A program made the translations under genes and the position numbers. This document shows positions 50,247 through 62,899 of a stretch of 64,000 nucleotides of DNA, in pieces (position 1 is the first letter of the stretch; each line of letters starts with the position of its first letter). Source of the stretch: Octopus sinensis (taxonomy: Eukaryota); the NCBI RefSeq assembly GCF_006345805.1, contig NW_021832590.1, positions 62,001-126,000 on the forward strand, in the 5' to 3' direction. A model generated the notes under the pieces. The model searched no databases. It was given only the letters and a program-made list of their open reading frames with translations, and was not told the DNA's origin.

Positions 50247-50708
50247 TAGCCTCCTGGCAAAGGCGGAGGACGCTTTTTTTAGGGCCCTCTTGGCTGAAGA
50301 GTATGCTCTGGATACTGGAATTCAGCCGTCGTGGGTTCGAATCCAGAAGAGGCTACTTTGGAGTCGGGGTTAATCTCGTCGAAGTTCCTTTGCCCGTGAG
50401 GTGACGAGTACATCTGGCACGACACAGTATGTCAAAAAGGGATCTCCTTCCTATCCGGCCTTAGAAAGGCGTTACGTGGTCCACCAAATTCACTTGGAGA
50501 TTTCGACTGGATTTGGAAACGCCGAGGGGGCACCTAATGCTCACCGAAAAAGGACCAATAGCTCTCCTACCCCCTGGGACATCGTCGTCGCAGGACGATG
50601 CACTTTGCATAGGATTGAACCTTTCCGGAGGATCTCCGTCGAAGTGCGTCGGGATCACACGCTAATTAGTTCGGTCTTAACTGTGGTCTTGGTGTTTAAT
50701 AAATAAAA
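50247..50708 (+). mobile_element. tRNA-derived SINE, copy 2, with LINE-derived 3' half
   Basis: GGGTTCGAATCC B-box, core shared with copy 1, 3' half similar to the LINE 3' end at 36550-36790, A-rich tail. Confidence 0.75.
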
Positions 50709-50899
50709 GTTGTCCATATTCATTTCACTTGTTAAATAGATGTTAGTAAAAAACTGTCGTATCAATCTGCCTGCACCTATAGCTTCCGAACTGGCTGTAA
50801 ACATATTTCTTCATCGGAAATGATTCCGATACATTTATCATTTCCGTTAACAATATGTATCGTTATTCCGTCACACTAAATGTCACTAAACATATTTTC

Positions 50900-51240
50900 C
50901 CCACTTCCTCATGGAAACCAGGCTTACGGAAACAGTTGTAAATTGTTTTTATTCTGACTTACCTTCAAGCTATTTCGAGAATTTGTAGCACATCCAAGAC
51001 TTTTTATGATCCTCATATCGCATGGCTGACCTTCCAATATCCAAACATCCAATTTTCCTTGACTTACTTTCGATCAAACTGTGAAGTGTTTACATCATTG
51101 GTACTTAGAAACCGCTCCTAAAACAAGTCTTCAAAAAATACATTCGCCATGTTCCTGTTCTAAGTTACGCGAGTCCGAACTGGGCTCCTTGCCTATCTAC
51201 AAGTTCCACTGCAGGACTTCAATTAGTCAAAACAGGTCTG
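50900..51240 (+). mobile_element. Highly degraded LINE RT C-terminal remnant
   Basis: KKYIR..VLSYASPNWAP. Confidence 0.4.
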
Positions 51241-51470
51241 GTCCTTTATTTCAGTCTCCAACAAATTTAAAAAACTAAAAAACAACATTTTTTAAATTTC
51301 AATTTTTAAAGACAATTGATTTTTATTATAAAATAGTATTCCGAATGGTTCCAGTATATCCATGAGAATTACTTTTCATTTGGAATTGTGTCTTTAATGC
51401 TTTCCTGGTCATTGTGTATGACACAATCACTGTTTCCTTTTTCTTGTTGAGTTTAAGTTGTCTAAAATAA

Positions 51471-53206
51471 TTAGTGACATTTAAACCCAATCACAAATGT
51501 CGTTGTCAGTGCCAATATAACAAAAAAGGCGGAAAAAATAATCGCAAAAACATTGTTTCTTTTGGTGATGGTTCGGATAAACACATTTCGAGCCTTCACT
51601 ACGATGACTGTATGTTTCCTCATCAGCCACTTGCGAGACGTGGAGACCTCCACTGCATAACAGTACCAATCCCCAGCAGCACTTGGCAGAATGTTTGACA
51701 GTTCTAGAGACCCGTCAGAATTGGTTTGAGAATTCTACAAAAATAAATATTCGTTGACCCACCAAAGCCACCGCGTCACCGTGAATCCAAATGTTGTAGG
51801 AATGAGGAAATAAAGACCGGAAGTATGTCAAATTACAGTCTAAAGTGACATTGGAATTCCTCTCCGCGATTACCGTTGGAGTCGAATTCCCAATTACAGT
51901 CACGACATGGACGTCGTATAATTCTTTCTTTGTGACAAACGATTTGACAGTTACTAACTACAAATTATTCAACATTCCAACATGACAAGTATAAATGCCA
52001 GCGTCACTGTGATCTGCCTCCCTTTTTTGTAAATTATCCTCAACGACTGAAAGACCGATTTTAAATTTTATCACTTCTCCGTCCTTTTTCCAGACATAGT
52101 CATTATTCATAACATTGTCCCCTTCATTCTGAAATAAAGAACGATATTAGAAACATGGCAATTTAGTGAAATCGTCTCCCCTGGTCTGTGTACATGTTGG
52201 TTGCGAGCAGTCCAGAGACCGAGTTGAATCCCAACGTACCTCTCCCCGCTTATTTTGGGGAATTGTGAGGAAGGACATGAATTGCCTCCAAAACAGAACG
52301 ACACGTCGTAGGAACGTCCAATGCACAACTCTTTTTTGATAATGCAATTTCGATAGCGGAAACGAGCAGTGGGAGTTTTACAGTCCCCAGATAAACAGTC
52401 ACTCCATGGACCCCAATCTGTCCATCCCTTCGAATTAGGGACTATTGGCTTACAAGGTGAGTGTCAATGCAGAGAGGGTAACGATTGAGATCATGGCACA
52501 TTTTTCTTTTTACTGTTTCTGTGTGATTACTGCAAGTTGTGGAGGTGTTGTTTCCAAAAGTGCACTTTCTTGTCTTGAATATGTTTTCAGTCGCATTGAG
52601 ATGGTAGTAAATAGCACTATTACATGACTGGGGTCTACACTTCCACTCCCCCCAATCTTCCACGTGTATATTCTTGCATTCTCCGACTGTGCAAACAAAC
52701 TTTTTATTTATGTGCTTATTGTCATTAGGACACTGCAAGAATATTTTAGACATGGCAAAGTACAGTGATATTTGACATGGAACTATTGTTCGTGCAGTAT
52801 TTTGTCATTTTTATGGTCCCCAAAGCACAGTCCCGACTCAGACGTTCAGCTATGCGGTCGGCCTCGCATTGACCTGTAGGGACCCAATCTGACCACTTTC
52901 CACGAATATTGCCATCACCAGAGCACATTTCGGTGTAGCAGGGCATTGTTTCTTCTGAAAAATGGGGCCCAAAACAAAGCCTTTAAATATAGTTTTTCAT
53001 GATATTTACTTATTTTTAATAGAACAGTTATCACCATCACATAAATTACAATTTCTGAAGTGATGAGTTAGTCCAGAGGACTCATTGCAAAGTCGGGGAC
53101 AGACTGTAAAGTCCCACTCACTCCATTTTAACTAAAAATCTAATTTATAATAACTCACATGCAAATAAGAACTAATAAAACTAATAATGAACGACAAGAT
53201 AAGCAT
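51471..53206 (-). CDS. Type I membrane protein: signal peptide, 4 TSP1-like repeats, 2 Ig domains, TM, very short tail; intact
   Basis: MLILSFIISFISSYLH; WSEW, WSDW, WGEW and WTDWGPWSDC repeats; Ig motifs WKKDG..DAGIYTC and AGDWYC; TM VFAIIFSAFFVILALTTTFVIGF; seven 24-31 nt introns restore one open frame. Confidence 0.8.
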
Positions 53207-53567
53207 TAAATATCGATTTTAATTTTGATTATATATTTAGTCATTCACGTACTTTATTTCCAAAAAGGGCAACATTTTTGAAATTATGTTGATTTTCTGC
53301 GGGAATATCAAAGAAAGGGTTGTCTTAACTTATCCAGTCTTCATTCAGAAAAAGTTTCGTTTAACAACTCTTTAAATAGCCGATGATTAAGTCCCTTAAA
53401 TATATAATAAATAATATATTACTCTTGATATAATGAAGTTAGTAATCTTTATAACCAATTCCATCACTTCTAAAATTTCTTTCGGAAACTTTGCGCAGAT
53501 AGTGCTTCTTGGTGGACAATACAATGTAGAGTAATCACTTCATGATCAATTCTCCTTTTAATTAAAG

Positions 53568-54574
53568 TTATAAATCCCTTTCTCGATCCCAGCATGCAGC
53601 ACCGTCAGTTGAAATTGAAACGATTTTATTAAGAGGAATATAATTCGTTTCAAAATATTCTACGACTGCGCCAACAAGATCTTCACCACGGGTTTGACCC
53701 TTTAGAGGCAATAATGCCAAAAGTTCTTGCCTCAGGAAACCTCGAGACACATAACGAACAAACAGAGACACCTAAGTATGACATGAACAATGATACTTGT
53801 GAAATGTCATTTATATCACATGATTCATCTATTGCTATTGCTATTGAATTAGACAATTTCATGTCAGAAACTTGTTGAACAGATACATTCGAAGACATCT
53901 TAAAAGTCCTGTCGGCTACTATTTTCGCAGATAAAGGTATATTCATTATCTTATTCCCGATTTCTGCCTTATTTGAAAAATCGTGAAAAAGTTCTTCAGA
54001 GGTTTTAATGAAACATGCCTTTATAAATTCGCCATCGGTAAATGGTTTCCCCTTTTTGCGATCTCGTGGCTTATCAAAAAACTGGCAATATTTGCAGTCC
54101 TGGCATTGTGATACCAATATTTAAAAGCGGAATTCTCAATCTGATTATTCTTTGCAAGTTCTTCTACAGCTCTCTTTCGGGAATCACCAATTGGATATTT
54201 TTTTCGAAATTTGAGTGTTTTGTGTTAAAGTGTCTCTCTAAATTTGACTTTTTATTTTGATTCAAAGTTTCCTGGCAAATGAGACATTTCGGTAGTTGTT
54301 CTGAATTAGACGTGAATGCAAAAGTTTCAGTCCATTTTGATTGAAAATGTCGCGCATTATCGATTTTTTTATTAATTTTTTTATTGCTAAGCATATATCG
54401 ATGTACCACAAAAAATTAATGTTAACCGTGCAAAGATTTTTTGTTATTAACAAAACAAAAAAAATAGTTAAAAATTGAAATCATTTATTAAAAAAATAGT
54501 TAAAAATTGAAAGAGCCTACCGTAAGAGTTAAAGAGCCTTCAAAGGCTCGCGAGCCTGCTTTTGCCGACCCCTG
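53568..54574 (-). mobile_element. hAT (GTF2IRD2/SPIN-like) 5' remnant
   Basis: TIR CAGGGGTCGGCAAA at 54574; KWTETFAF..PKCLICQ..NLERHF; KPFTDGEFIK; AIDESCD; STDGA. Confidence 0.8.
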
Positions 54575-54612
54575 TATTATGGTACCGTCAGAATCTAAAT
54601 TAGCTTTATAAA

Positions 54613-55522
54613 TTAGAATGCGAAACCATTAGTCTCAGGAAACATGCTAAAATCCCCACTTAATACTAGTCTTCTCCAATATGTAATATTCATTTTTAAA
54701 GCATTTAACTTGTCCGTGCAACTCAAAATTGTCTCATTATTTCCTTGCATGCTTAGATTCACATCATTCAATATCGAAAATATGTCCGTTAGATATGCTA
54801 ATTTTAATTTCCAATTCGAATTGCTGATCAATTCATGAAATTGATAGCATTGTTCTCTCGTGAAAAATTCAGCTATCGTGTCACTTAATTCATACACTCT
54901 GGCCAGTGCCCTTCCCCGTGATAACCATCGTATTTCGGTATGTAACAATAAATTTTTATAACTTGCTCCCAGTTCATCGCATAAAGAATTAAAAGTTCTA
55001 GAATTTTTAGATCGAGTTTTTATATAATTGATCATTTTTATGACATCATCCATAACTGATTTTAAAGCAGACGGAAGAGTTTTCGAAACCAAACAATGTG
55101 TTGAAAGTATTTGATCATTCTGTGCTTTTAGTAAAGAAACCTGAATTTAATCATATAATAAAACAATATACAAGTCCATTAAGTCTTCCAGACATAGATG
55201 GTGCCCCATCTGTGCATACACCAACACAATTTTTAAAGGAAATATTATGTTGATTAAAATAATCAAATATCAAATGGTACATATCAATTTCACGAGTAGT
55301 AGTAACTAATGCCTTGCAGAAAAGAAATTGTTCAATAATAGTTTCTGACTTTTCAGTACGCATATAAATAAGCAACTGTGCAATTCCTGCTACGTCATTT
55401 GATTCGTCAATTTGCAATGAATATAAATTGTTTTTCATTATAGATACCACTTTTTCTTCAATATCAAACGACATTGTACTAATTCTTCGACAAATAGTAT
55501 TGTCAGAAAAGAGAATTTTCAA
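54613..55522 (-). mobile_element. hAT (ZBED5/Buster-like) transposase fragments
   Basis: SLQIDESND, CTDGAPSM, LLHTEIRWLSRG, LAYLTDIFSILN. Confidence 0.85.
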
Positions 55523-56467
55523 TAATTAGAAATTACTCCTGAAGCCATGTTGGATGTATGTAAGGGGGAAACTAGTACTTATGGATTTTTTAAAGTGAAT
55601 CACAATATTGGACGCTATTTCATGTTGTGATGAAGAGGACTGCAGCAAATCTGGTTCTGACCTGTCAAAGGATATCAATTCTTTGTGAAATCAGAAAATT
55701 TGTGAAATAATGCTTTTTTCTGAGGGTTTATGACTGCTAAAGTACTCATTCTCTCCCACTGTTAAGTACTGGCTAAGAAGATGACAGTGCTGTATAAATT
55801 GGCCAGAGAACAACTGTCCAAACAATAGAAAAGACTGACCTGGATGATAGTTGAGAGTACGGCATGAGACATTTACGTGCTCAACGCGGAAGTGCTATTA
55901 ACTAACTAATACTATAGCTTCAAGAAAAGCCAATCAATTGTTTGCAAACGATGGATACATAAAGTTAGAAGTTTATTAAGTCGATAATTTGAACAAACAG
56001 TGTTGTACAAATCCACGGGATATGTTTTTGAAAATCATGACTGGCCGACAGTTCTCCACTGCCCCCCCAAAATGACCAGTGGGTTGCATTCCAATAAAAT
56101 GTCCTCGTCCTTCATTTTTCTTATTTGTCAGTGTTTTAGGTAAGAAAACGCCTTTTAACTGAATTTAAATGCCAACTTTGTCGACAATCATTCGTGATGT
56201 AGTGATTTATAAGTTCTCTAGTTTATATTTGATTGAATAACTCTTTTATGTGGCTGTACTCAATGTTAGGCACGTGGAAATATAAAGCGCTTTTGACGGG
56301 ATGAAACTTTCTTTGGCGGGTTTGTTTGTCTAATTGATCGATTTGAAATATTGGATCAACGTGGTGTTTATTGTATCAAGAATTGAGGTGTCTATTTAGA
56401 CTGTTAATTTATATGTTATACCATATACATCTTTGTAATAAAGCACCAATCAACTGACGAAGCATTA

Positions 56468-57128
56468 CAGTGCGACCTCGATTTGGGGAAAACCAAGTAG
56501 CGGGGAAACCCTCTTTTTGGGGAAAACCTTGCTTTTGGGAAATATTTTCGCCATCCCTATAAAATACGATGATTGCTATAAAATACGATGAAATAAACCC
56601 CCCAATGGGGAAAATTTTATAATATATTTGTATAATTTTTGATTTATTATTATTTATTTATTGTAATCTGCTTTTCAAAAATTGTAATCAATAATTTTAA
56701 AATTTATTTAACCTGGTAACTTAGTTAGTTACCTAATTAACCTGGTAAAAATTGAAATCATTTTTATTTAATTGGATTGGAAGGAATATTTTGCGATGTA
56801 GTTTCTTTTAATGGATAAATTATCTGAAATTTCATCATTTTGTAATATTTGCGAGTTTATTCTTTCAATCTGTTTATTCCACTTATTTTGAAATCTTTAT
56901 TTTTATTCATTGAATTTCACCTTATTTTTGGATAGAAAGTTCTATTTTTATATTCTTATAGCAGAATTTTATTTATTTGTTTCTGGATTTTTTTAAAAAG
57001 CGTGAGTTGCTTTTTTTAAATTTTGAAAATATTTTTTAATTTTTTGGCACTGAATATTATACTTCGTACAAAGACTGGATGACAAAAAATATTTTTGAAA
57101 ATTGGTTATCTCGATTTAAATCCAAATA
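56468..57128 (+). mobile_element. Older pogo-type element (left end plus transposase remnant) hosting the Tigger-like insertion
   Basis: TA-CAGTGCGACCTCGATTTGGGG terminus; WMTKNIFENWLSRFKSK just before the nested element. Confidence 0.6.
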
Positions 57129-58562
57129 CAGTCCGACCTTGAATTGGAACACTAAGTGTTCCAAAAACTGAGGTTTTTCCAAAAACTGAGGTTTTGTCAA
57201 AAAATTAATATCAATATAAATTTAATAATTTAATTAATGCAAAAAAGTCTTAAATATTTATTGAAAAATAGTCATCGATCCTTTTTCCATAACCAAAATT
57301 TTTCTTCAAACTACTGGACAAATTTTGTCTGAAACAGTAAAAATCATTTAACAAAATTGGAGCTATGTCTAGAACTGATTCTTCCAATTCATTCACTTTT
57401 GTTACTACTTCTTTGACCGTAGTCTGTTTATTTTGCATACCACTGTAAAAAATTTCTTCATTATCGCTGCTTTCCGTATTTTCCACTTCGTCTACAACTT
57501 GTTCTATAACATCATCCGTCAGATTATCAGAAACAACAAATATTTCATTGCCGAAAGTACTATCCCAACAATTTGTAATTATTTCGGAGAATACATTTTG
57601 CCACGATTTCGATACTATTATCAATGATTGGCGTAAATTAATTTTTTTAAGTAAGTCGCAGTAAAAATCTTCTTCATCTATACAACAAATAAATTCAATT
57701 AACGCCTTCGAATAATTATCTTTAAAAGCTTTGATTATCCCATTATCCAATGGTTGAAGAATTGGAGTTGTATTTTTGGGTAAAAACAGCAATTCGATAT
57801 TTGAGAGCGATTTATTTTCATGACACGAAGCGTTATCAAGAATTATTAAAATTTTTCTCTTTTCCATTTTCATTTGTTCATTCACTAAGAATAACCATTG
57901 AATACAAATATCTCTTGTCATCCAGGCATTTTTGGAAGATGAGTACATAGCACCATAATTCTCAGGGTTAAAATTTCTGAAACATCTGGGATTTTTAAAT
58001 TTCCCGATTATTAAAGGATCAAATTTTTGGCCTGAATAACTGCAGCAAAAGAGCAAATAAATTTTTTCCTTATTTATTTTAGACCCAGACGCTTTTTTAT
58101 TTTTTTGTACGAATGATTTTTTTGGTGTCTTTTTTATAAAAAGACAAGTTTCATCAATGCCAAAGATATTATTTTTTCCAAATTGATTAATTTTTTCATG
58201 GAAAACTTTTAAAAATGATTGAATTCCATCACGATTACATGAGTTTTTTTCGCCGCTAAGGATTTTGAATTTGAGTTCATGTCCTTTTTTAAAATTCATT
58301 AACCAACCATTCGATGCTTTAAAGCTTGTAATGTTCAATTTACCCGCAATTTTCAAACCTTAAAACAATGTGAGAAAAGTAAAATTACCAATTTTTTTGA
58401 TAAGAGGACCTGAAACTGAAATTTTGTTCCAAATCGAGGTTTTCATTTAAAAGAAATTATTTATTCTGGGCAGAGATCCTACAAAGTGTTCCAAAAACTG
58501 AGGTTGTTCCAAAAACTGAGGTGTTCCAGCCCCGAGGTCTGTTCCAAATCGAGGTCGGACTG
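57129..58562 (-). mobile_element. pogo/Tigger DNA transposon; transposase lacks the N-terminal HTH; one 30-nt intron
   Basis: 22-bp TIR CAGTCCGACCT..A.TTGGAAC, TA TSD, catalytic DET / DNA / PLD residues present; intron 58359-58388. Confidence 0.92.
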
Positions 58563-58883
58563 TAGTTTATATACTCCAAAGTCTCAGAATATTCTTCAAG
58601 ATGTCCATATGGTAACACAAAAATAACGTTTAATAATAATATTTTTAATTTTGAATTTTTTAATATTGACCTGTATCTCGTGAGACAAATATTCAATTTA
58701 AACAAAACACAGTCTTCTCTCTTTCAGTGTTTTGTCGATTTTCTAGTTTTGGGCTAGTTGGTTACGTGATATTTCTGATCAAAGTTTGCTTGACTGTTTA
58801 TGTGGCACTCGTGTATGTAGCCCTCATTCAAAATGAATTCGAACTGTTCTATTTACTCTTGAACAGAGTTTTCCCAATTTTCT

Positions 58884-59300
58884 TCAATCATTAGGATTAG
58901 GAATGTCGGATAGGTATAAATTGAATAGAGCAGGGGAAAGAGAGGAGCCTTGGGGAACTCCATTTGGAAGCAATCTTGAGATTGATTCATTCCATTCAGG
59001 CATACACGCCCTCTCCTTCCGCTGAGGAAATTCGAAAGCCAAACTTTTATGTTCGAGTCGATGGATAGGCCAAATATTTTTTGAGTCAGACTGAATCAAA
59101 GGCCTTTTGAAGATAGAGTGAGAATACAGTTGGTTTGAGATGAGGTCTAGTTGAAAAACCTTTCATTATAAACTGGGTTAATGTGGTAAGATGTGTCGAG
59201 GTAAAGAAATTACTCCTGAAGCCATGTTGGATGTATGTAAGGGGGAAACTAGTACTTATTGATTTTTTATTAGTATTATGTTTAGTTCTTGGAGTCAGTT
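58884..59300 (-). mobile_element. Non-LTR RT fragment, same family as 1-1790
   Basis: QHGFRS...QKAFDSV...GVPQGSSLSPALFNLYL. Confidence 0.8.
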
Positions 59301-59782
59301 GGTAATATAACGAAGAGAATGCTTCTCCAATTTTGTAAGGAAAACTATTGCCTAAGTAGACCAGGAATTCTACACACAATTACACTTATCAATGTAAAGA
59401 TCACTTCACAAAATTGTTTTAAACAACTCGAAGTGAAAAAGTTCAAGAAATACGATTTGCTAGGAAATTAACTGGGGCAATCCACCGGGCGAGAGTGAAA
59501 ATCGTCCCTGTCGTTATAAAATTTCTAAAAAATCATCTGGAGGCACTCTGAGTGCTGGACATATTGCGGAGGATCTTAGATACCATGAATACGGGTTATC
59601 GATGTCTGTTGAGGATGTAGCCCGTGTCCGATCTGCCTATCAGCCAGTGAACGTAGGCTCTGAGGGGAGGAGGTTGATGTAACAAAATACAACAAATTAC
59701 AAAAACATAAACTAAAAATAAATAATTTAGTTGAAATTTTTTTGAAAATCCAATAGTTATATTTATTAATTTTTGTTTCGTA

Positions 59783-60430
59783 ATGAAATATGTTAGTTTG
59801 CAACACGTCATTTTACTCTTCTAGGCATCTGTTATTCTGTCATGTATGGACAAGCGACTAAAGCTTGATAAATTTATAAATGGAGAAGCTTACCAAATCA
59901 GAAACCCTGGAAATCACGTTGTCGCCTCTACTATAGGAAGGCCCCAAGAGTTGCTTTCATTCGAATATCTTTATAAATCTAACCTAATTAACAGAATATG
60001 TGTCGTAGGGCATTCAGATTGTAAAGTTAGTTTACCATTATCTGAGATAGGCAATGGGCTGTTTGACGACATCTCAAAGTTGTGATTTTTCAGAGTTAGT
60101 CTCCTCTGTTTGTGGCGAGACTCTGAAACGTTTTAATAAAAAAAATTTTGATTTTTGTTGTGGGCAAACTGATTTGTTTTTCACTTTAGACATATCCAAA
60201 CATTCTGATGAAAGTAGAACTGACCAGTTGGGAATGGTAATAGTCATTTGAATTATCCACAGATTAACACTTTGGTTGGTATTGAAAATATACTCAATTA
60301 TGGTTCGTTCAAACAGGACTACATCAGTGGGAGATTGGCACTTGAGGGCTTCTTTTATGACGTTGATAGTCAACGACTTAGGAAATATGACCCTGCTTGT
60401 TGTTACTTCGTTGATGTTATGGTTATTTAA
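59783..60430 (+). CDS. Beta-class carbonic anhydrase, ~187 aa, 4 exons (59783-59791, 59825-60025, 60051-60236, 60263-60430); start codon tentative
   Basis: Zn-ligand motifs SCMDKR and GHSDC, IRNPGN, C-terminal INTL..IENI..YG...FFYDV; 33, 25 and 26 nt GT-AG introns keep frame. Confidence 0.85.
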
Positions 60431-60632
60431 TTAAAAAACTAAACTTACTACTACTTATTGAGGCTGTTTTACTCAAAAAAGACTAATCTGATCTTTGAAT
60501 TTTTCTTCGTGTTTAATTGTTGGAAAAAGGCCGTTGTTTATCAAATGTACAAAATTTTGTGTTTTATGAAAAAATGGTAAATATGAGTCCGTTTTTGAAA
60601 ATAGCATACTATCTTTATTGATTAATTTTATT

Positions 60633-62830
60633 ATCGATGGAGAGAAAGAGTCGATGCACGTAGCATCCCAGACGAGGCACTTGCCATCCCGAAAAGGAAA
60701 GATTGTCATTCCATCTGGGCGTTTGCCGTCACCACGGTCCAATCCGACAGGCTCAAGTTGTGACGGAAAGCCTGCAGCCTCTAAACACGACGTCATTTAG
60801 CGAGGCGTGGCGGGGACATCGACCGGCACTCCTGCGACACGAAAGAGGGTGGAGCCCTTTAGTGTCGACTTTGGCTCCACATCGGCATCGGTGGATGCTG
60901 CATATGTCGAGGCAAAGCCGAAGGGAGATCCCGATCCTCCGGCAGTCGTCATCCAAAAAGGTTCCTGTTGATGTAGATGGGTAGGCGTCAAGCCATGCAC
61001 CGCTGTGAGGATGTGCGGCCGAGAGTAGGCACGCTAGCCGGTGTTGGTCTAGCTCTGGTTTCATCTTCGAAAACGAGTCGGCGGCCCAGATTTCATCCCA
61101 TTCCCGTTGCACGGACATGTCGGACGGGAGGGGTAGGTTAGCGTCAGTCCAGAATTCCAGGAGGTCGGTAGTCGGCAACTCCGGAGAGAGTTCTTTGAAG
61201 GGGAGTAGAACCTCTCGGACAAGTTGACGGCTTCTGGAAATTGAAGAGAAATGTGCATGTGGCGCCAGATCTTTAGGCGAGCGAAAACCGATCCCTCCGA
61301 ACCTGACGGGAAGTTTTACTTGAGTCCAACCGATTTCGTTAAAGGAAATGTTCAGAACTGCTTTCGTGCAGGATTTCAATGATTTTTCCAAGGAAGACAG
61401 AATGTCTGGATGCGGTAGCGGAGCGTGTACAGAAGTTTCGGCATATGTATACTGTTTTTCATGAGGAAGAAAGCGATGTGCGAGTCTAACTCCAAGAGAC
61501 TGCTTGTAAGGTTACAGAATTCCATGTCCTTCTTCGCCAGATGGGCCTTTAGGCCAGATGGGCTTAGAGGGCATCCAAGAAAGGTTGCTTCTGATGGCTG
61601 GGTTACTTGTGCACCAGTGATGAAGTCTTGGATTATCATATTGACATTCGGAAAATCCGCCTCAGGGTAGTTGAGGTTTAGGAGTTCAGATTTATTCACG
61701 TTAACTTCTATGCCAAGGTTGCGCAAAGCAGGGATTAGGCGGGATAGGTCCTCGGTGATGCATTCCACAGAGCCGTCAATGGTGGCGTCGTCCAGGTACC
61801 ATAAATTGAATGGTGAGAGGATTGATCGTACAGCCTCGTCGATTGCTAAGGCGAAAAGTAATGGTCCAAGAGGGTCGCCTTGTTGGACTCCTGTTCGGGA
61901 ACGGAAAGATAAGTGAGGTGTCTTTCCCGTACGAGAGGAAGACAAGCTGGGAAATCTCCGGAGCCCTCTCGACGCATACCTCCATTATTCGGTCCCTCCT
62001 GACGCTGTTGACGGCATTCCGCAGATCGAGTTTAACAGCCACGTGACGATGGAGTAGGGCATCCTTTGAAAGAAAGAGAGTTCGGGCCGCGTGTACGGCA
62101 GCTTCACAGCCGTTTGGGATCCCGACTCCCAGTTGAAGTGGAGCTAGTTCGGCGCTGAGGCGTAGACTGACGTGTCGTGCGGCAGCTTTAGCGGCAAGCC
62201 GGCGGAACAGGTTGCCAACAGCGATCGGACGAATACCGCCGTCCTTTTTTCTGAATGCCAGTAAATGAGACGAGAAAAGTAGCTTCGAAGCAAAATTCGG
62301 GATGTTCCCGCTCAGCAACCGGTTTATAAGTGTGGTGATGGCAGTGAGTAGAGTTTTGCCTGCCTCGGCGGTCGTTTGAGAAATAAGGTCTTTTAAATGC
62401 CCTGGGCGTAGTCTGTCTAGGCCCCCACAGCTGCTTTTTCCAAAAGATTGAATTGAGCGCTTGATTTCCTCGTTCGTCAGAGTTAGAATTGAAGTGTCTC
62501 TTGGGCGTTCAAGGGGTCGGAGGTTGACGGGAGGGTCTAGATGTGACTTCCCCCGGGTCCGCTGCGGAAAAGGCTGAGACGGCCAAAATTAAAAATACCA
62601 AGAACTTGGACGCCGTTTTATATTCGTACCAATCGCTTTGGAGACATCGGGCGTCGCAGGGCCTCTAACCTCGGCCTTCATCAGCGACATCGGGAGGAAA
62701 TTGGCCCACAGGACGAAAGAGCCACGCAAGGTTTCGTGGCTATTGCAGCGGATATCCATCGCCATTCTCCGTGGCAACACGCATGCGGTACTTTCCGCAG
62801 GTGGGTGCGTGCTTTAGCCCCCCCGGAGTT
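60633..62830. mobile_element. CRE-clade RLE retrotransposon with inverted 5' part (60633-62547 minus, ~62548-62830 plus)
   Basis: RPIAVG, PLQLGVG, GVQQGDPLGP, WYLDD, CRCG..HPLSC, RPDG..WDAT on minus; AETAKIKKY..VPIALETSG..QRISIAILRGN on plus. Confidence 0.88.
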
Positions 62831-62899
62831 TCCCTTTTGTACATTTTTAACTTAATTTGTTTTCTCTCGAAATAAATTGACTGATAGTCAAAAAAAATT

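Noticed and set aside
50247-50280. HDV-like ribozyme at the SINE or LINE 5' end (AGCCTCCT resemblance)
   Set aside because: Could not build the nested double pseudoknot by eye; would need an RNArobo or Infernal search
50283-50353. Functional tRNA gene (also 1420-1490)
   Set aside because: D and anticodon arms do not fold canonically, and both copies are embedded in longer repeats with tails, so they are SINE heads
56030-56330. Second Merlin-like remnant
   Set aside because: Only a weak GRG...FGGAVE resemblance; no TIR or catalytic motif recovered
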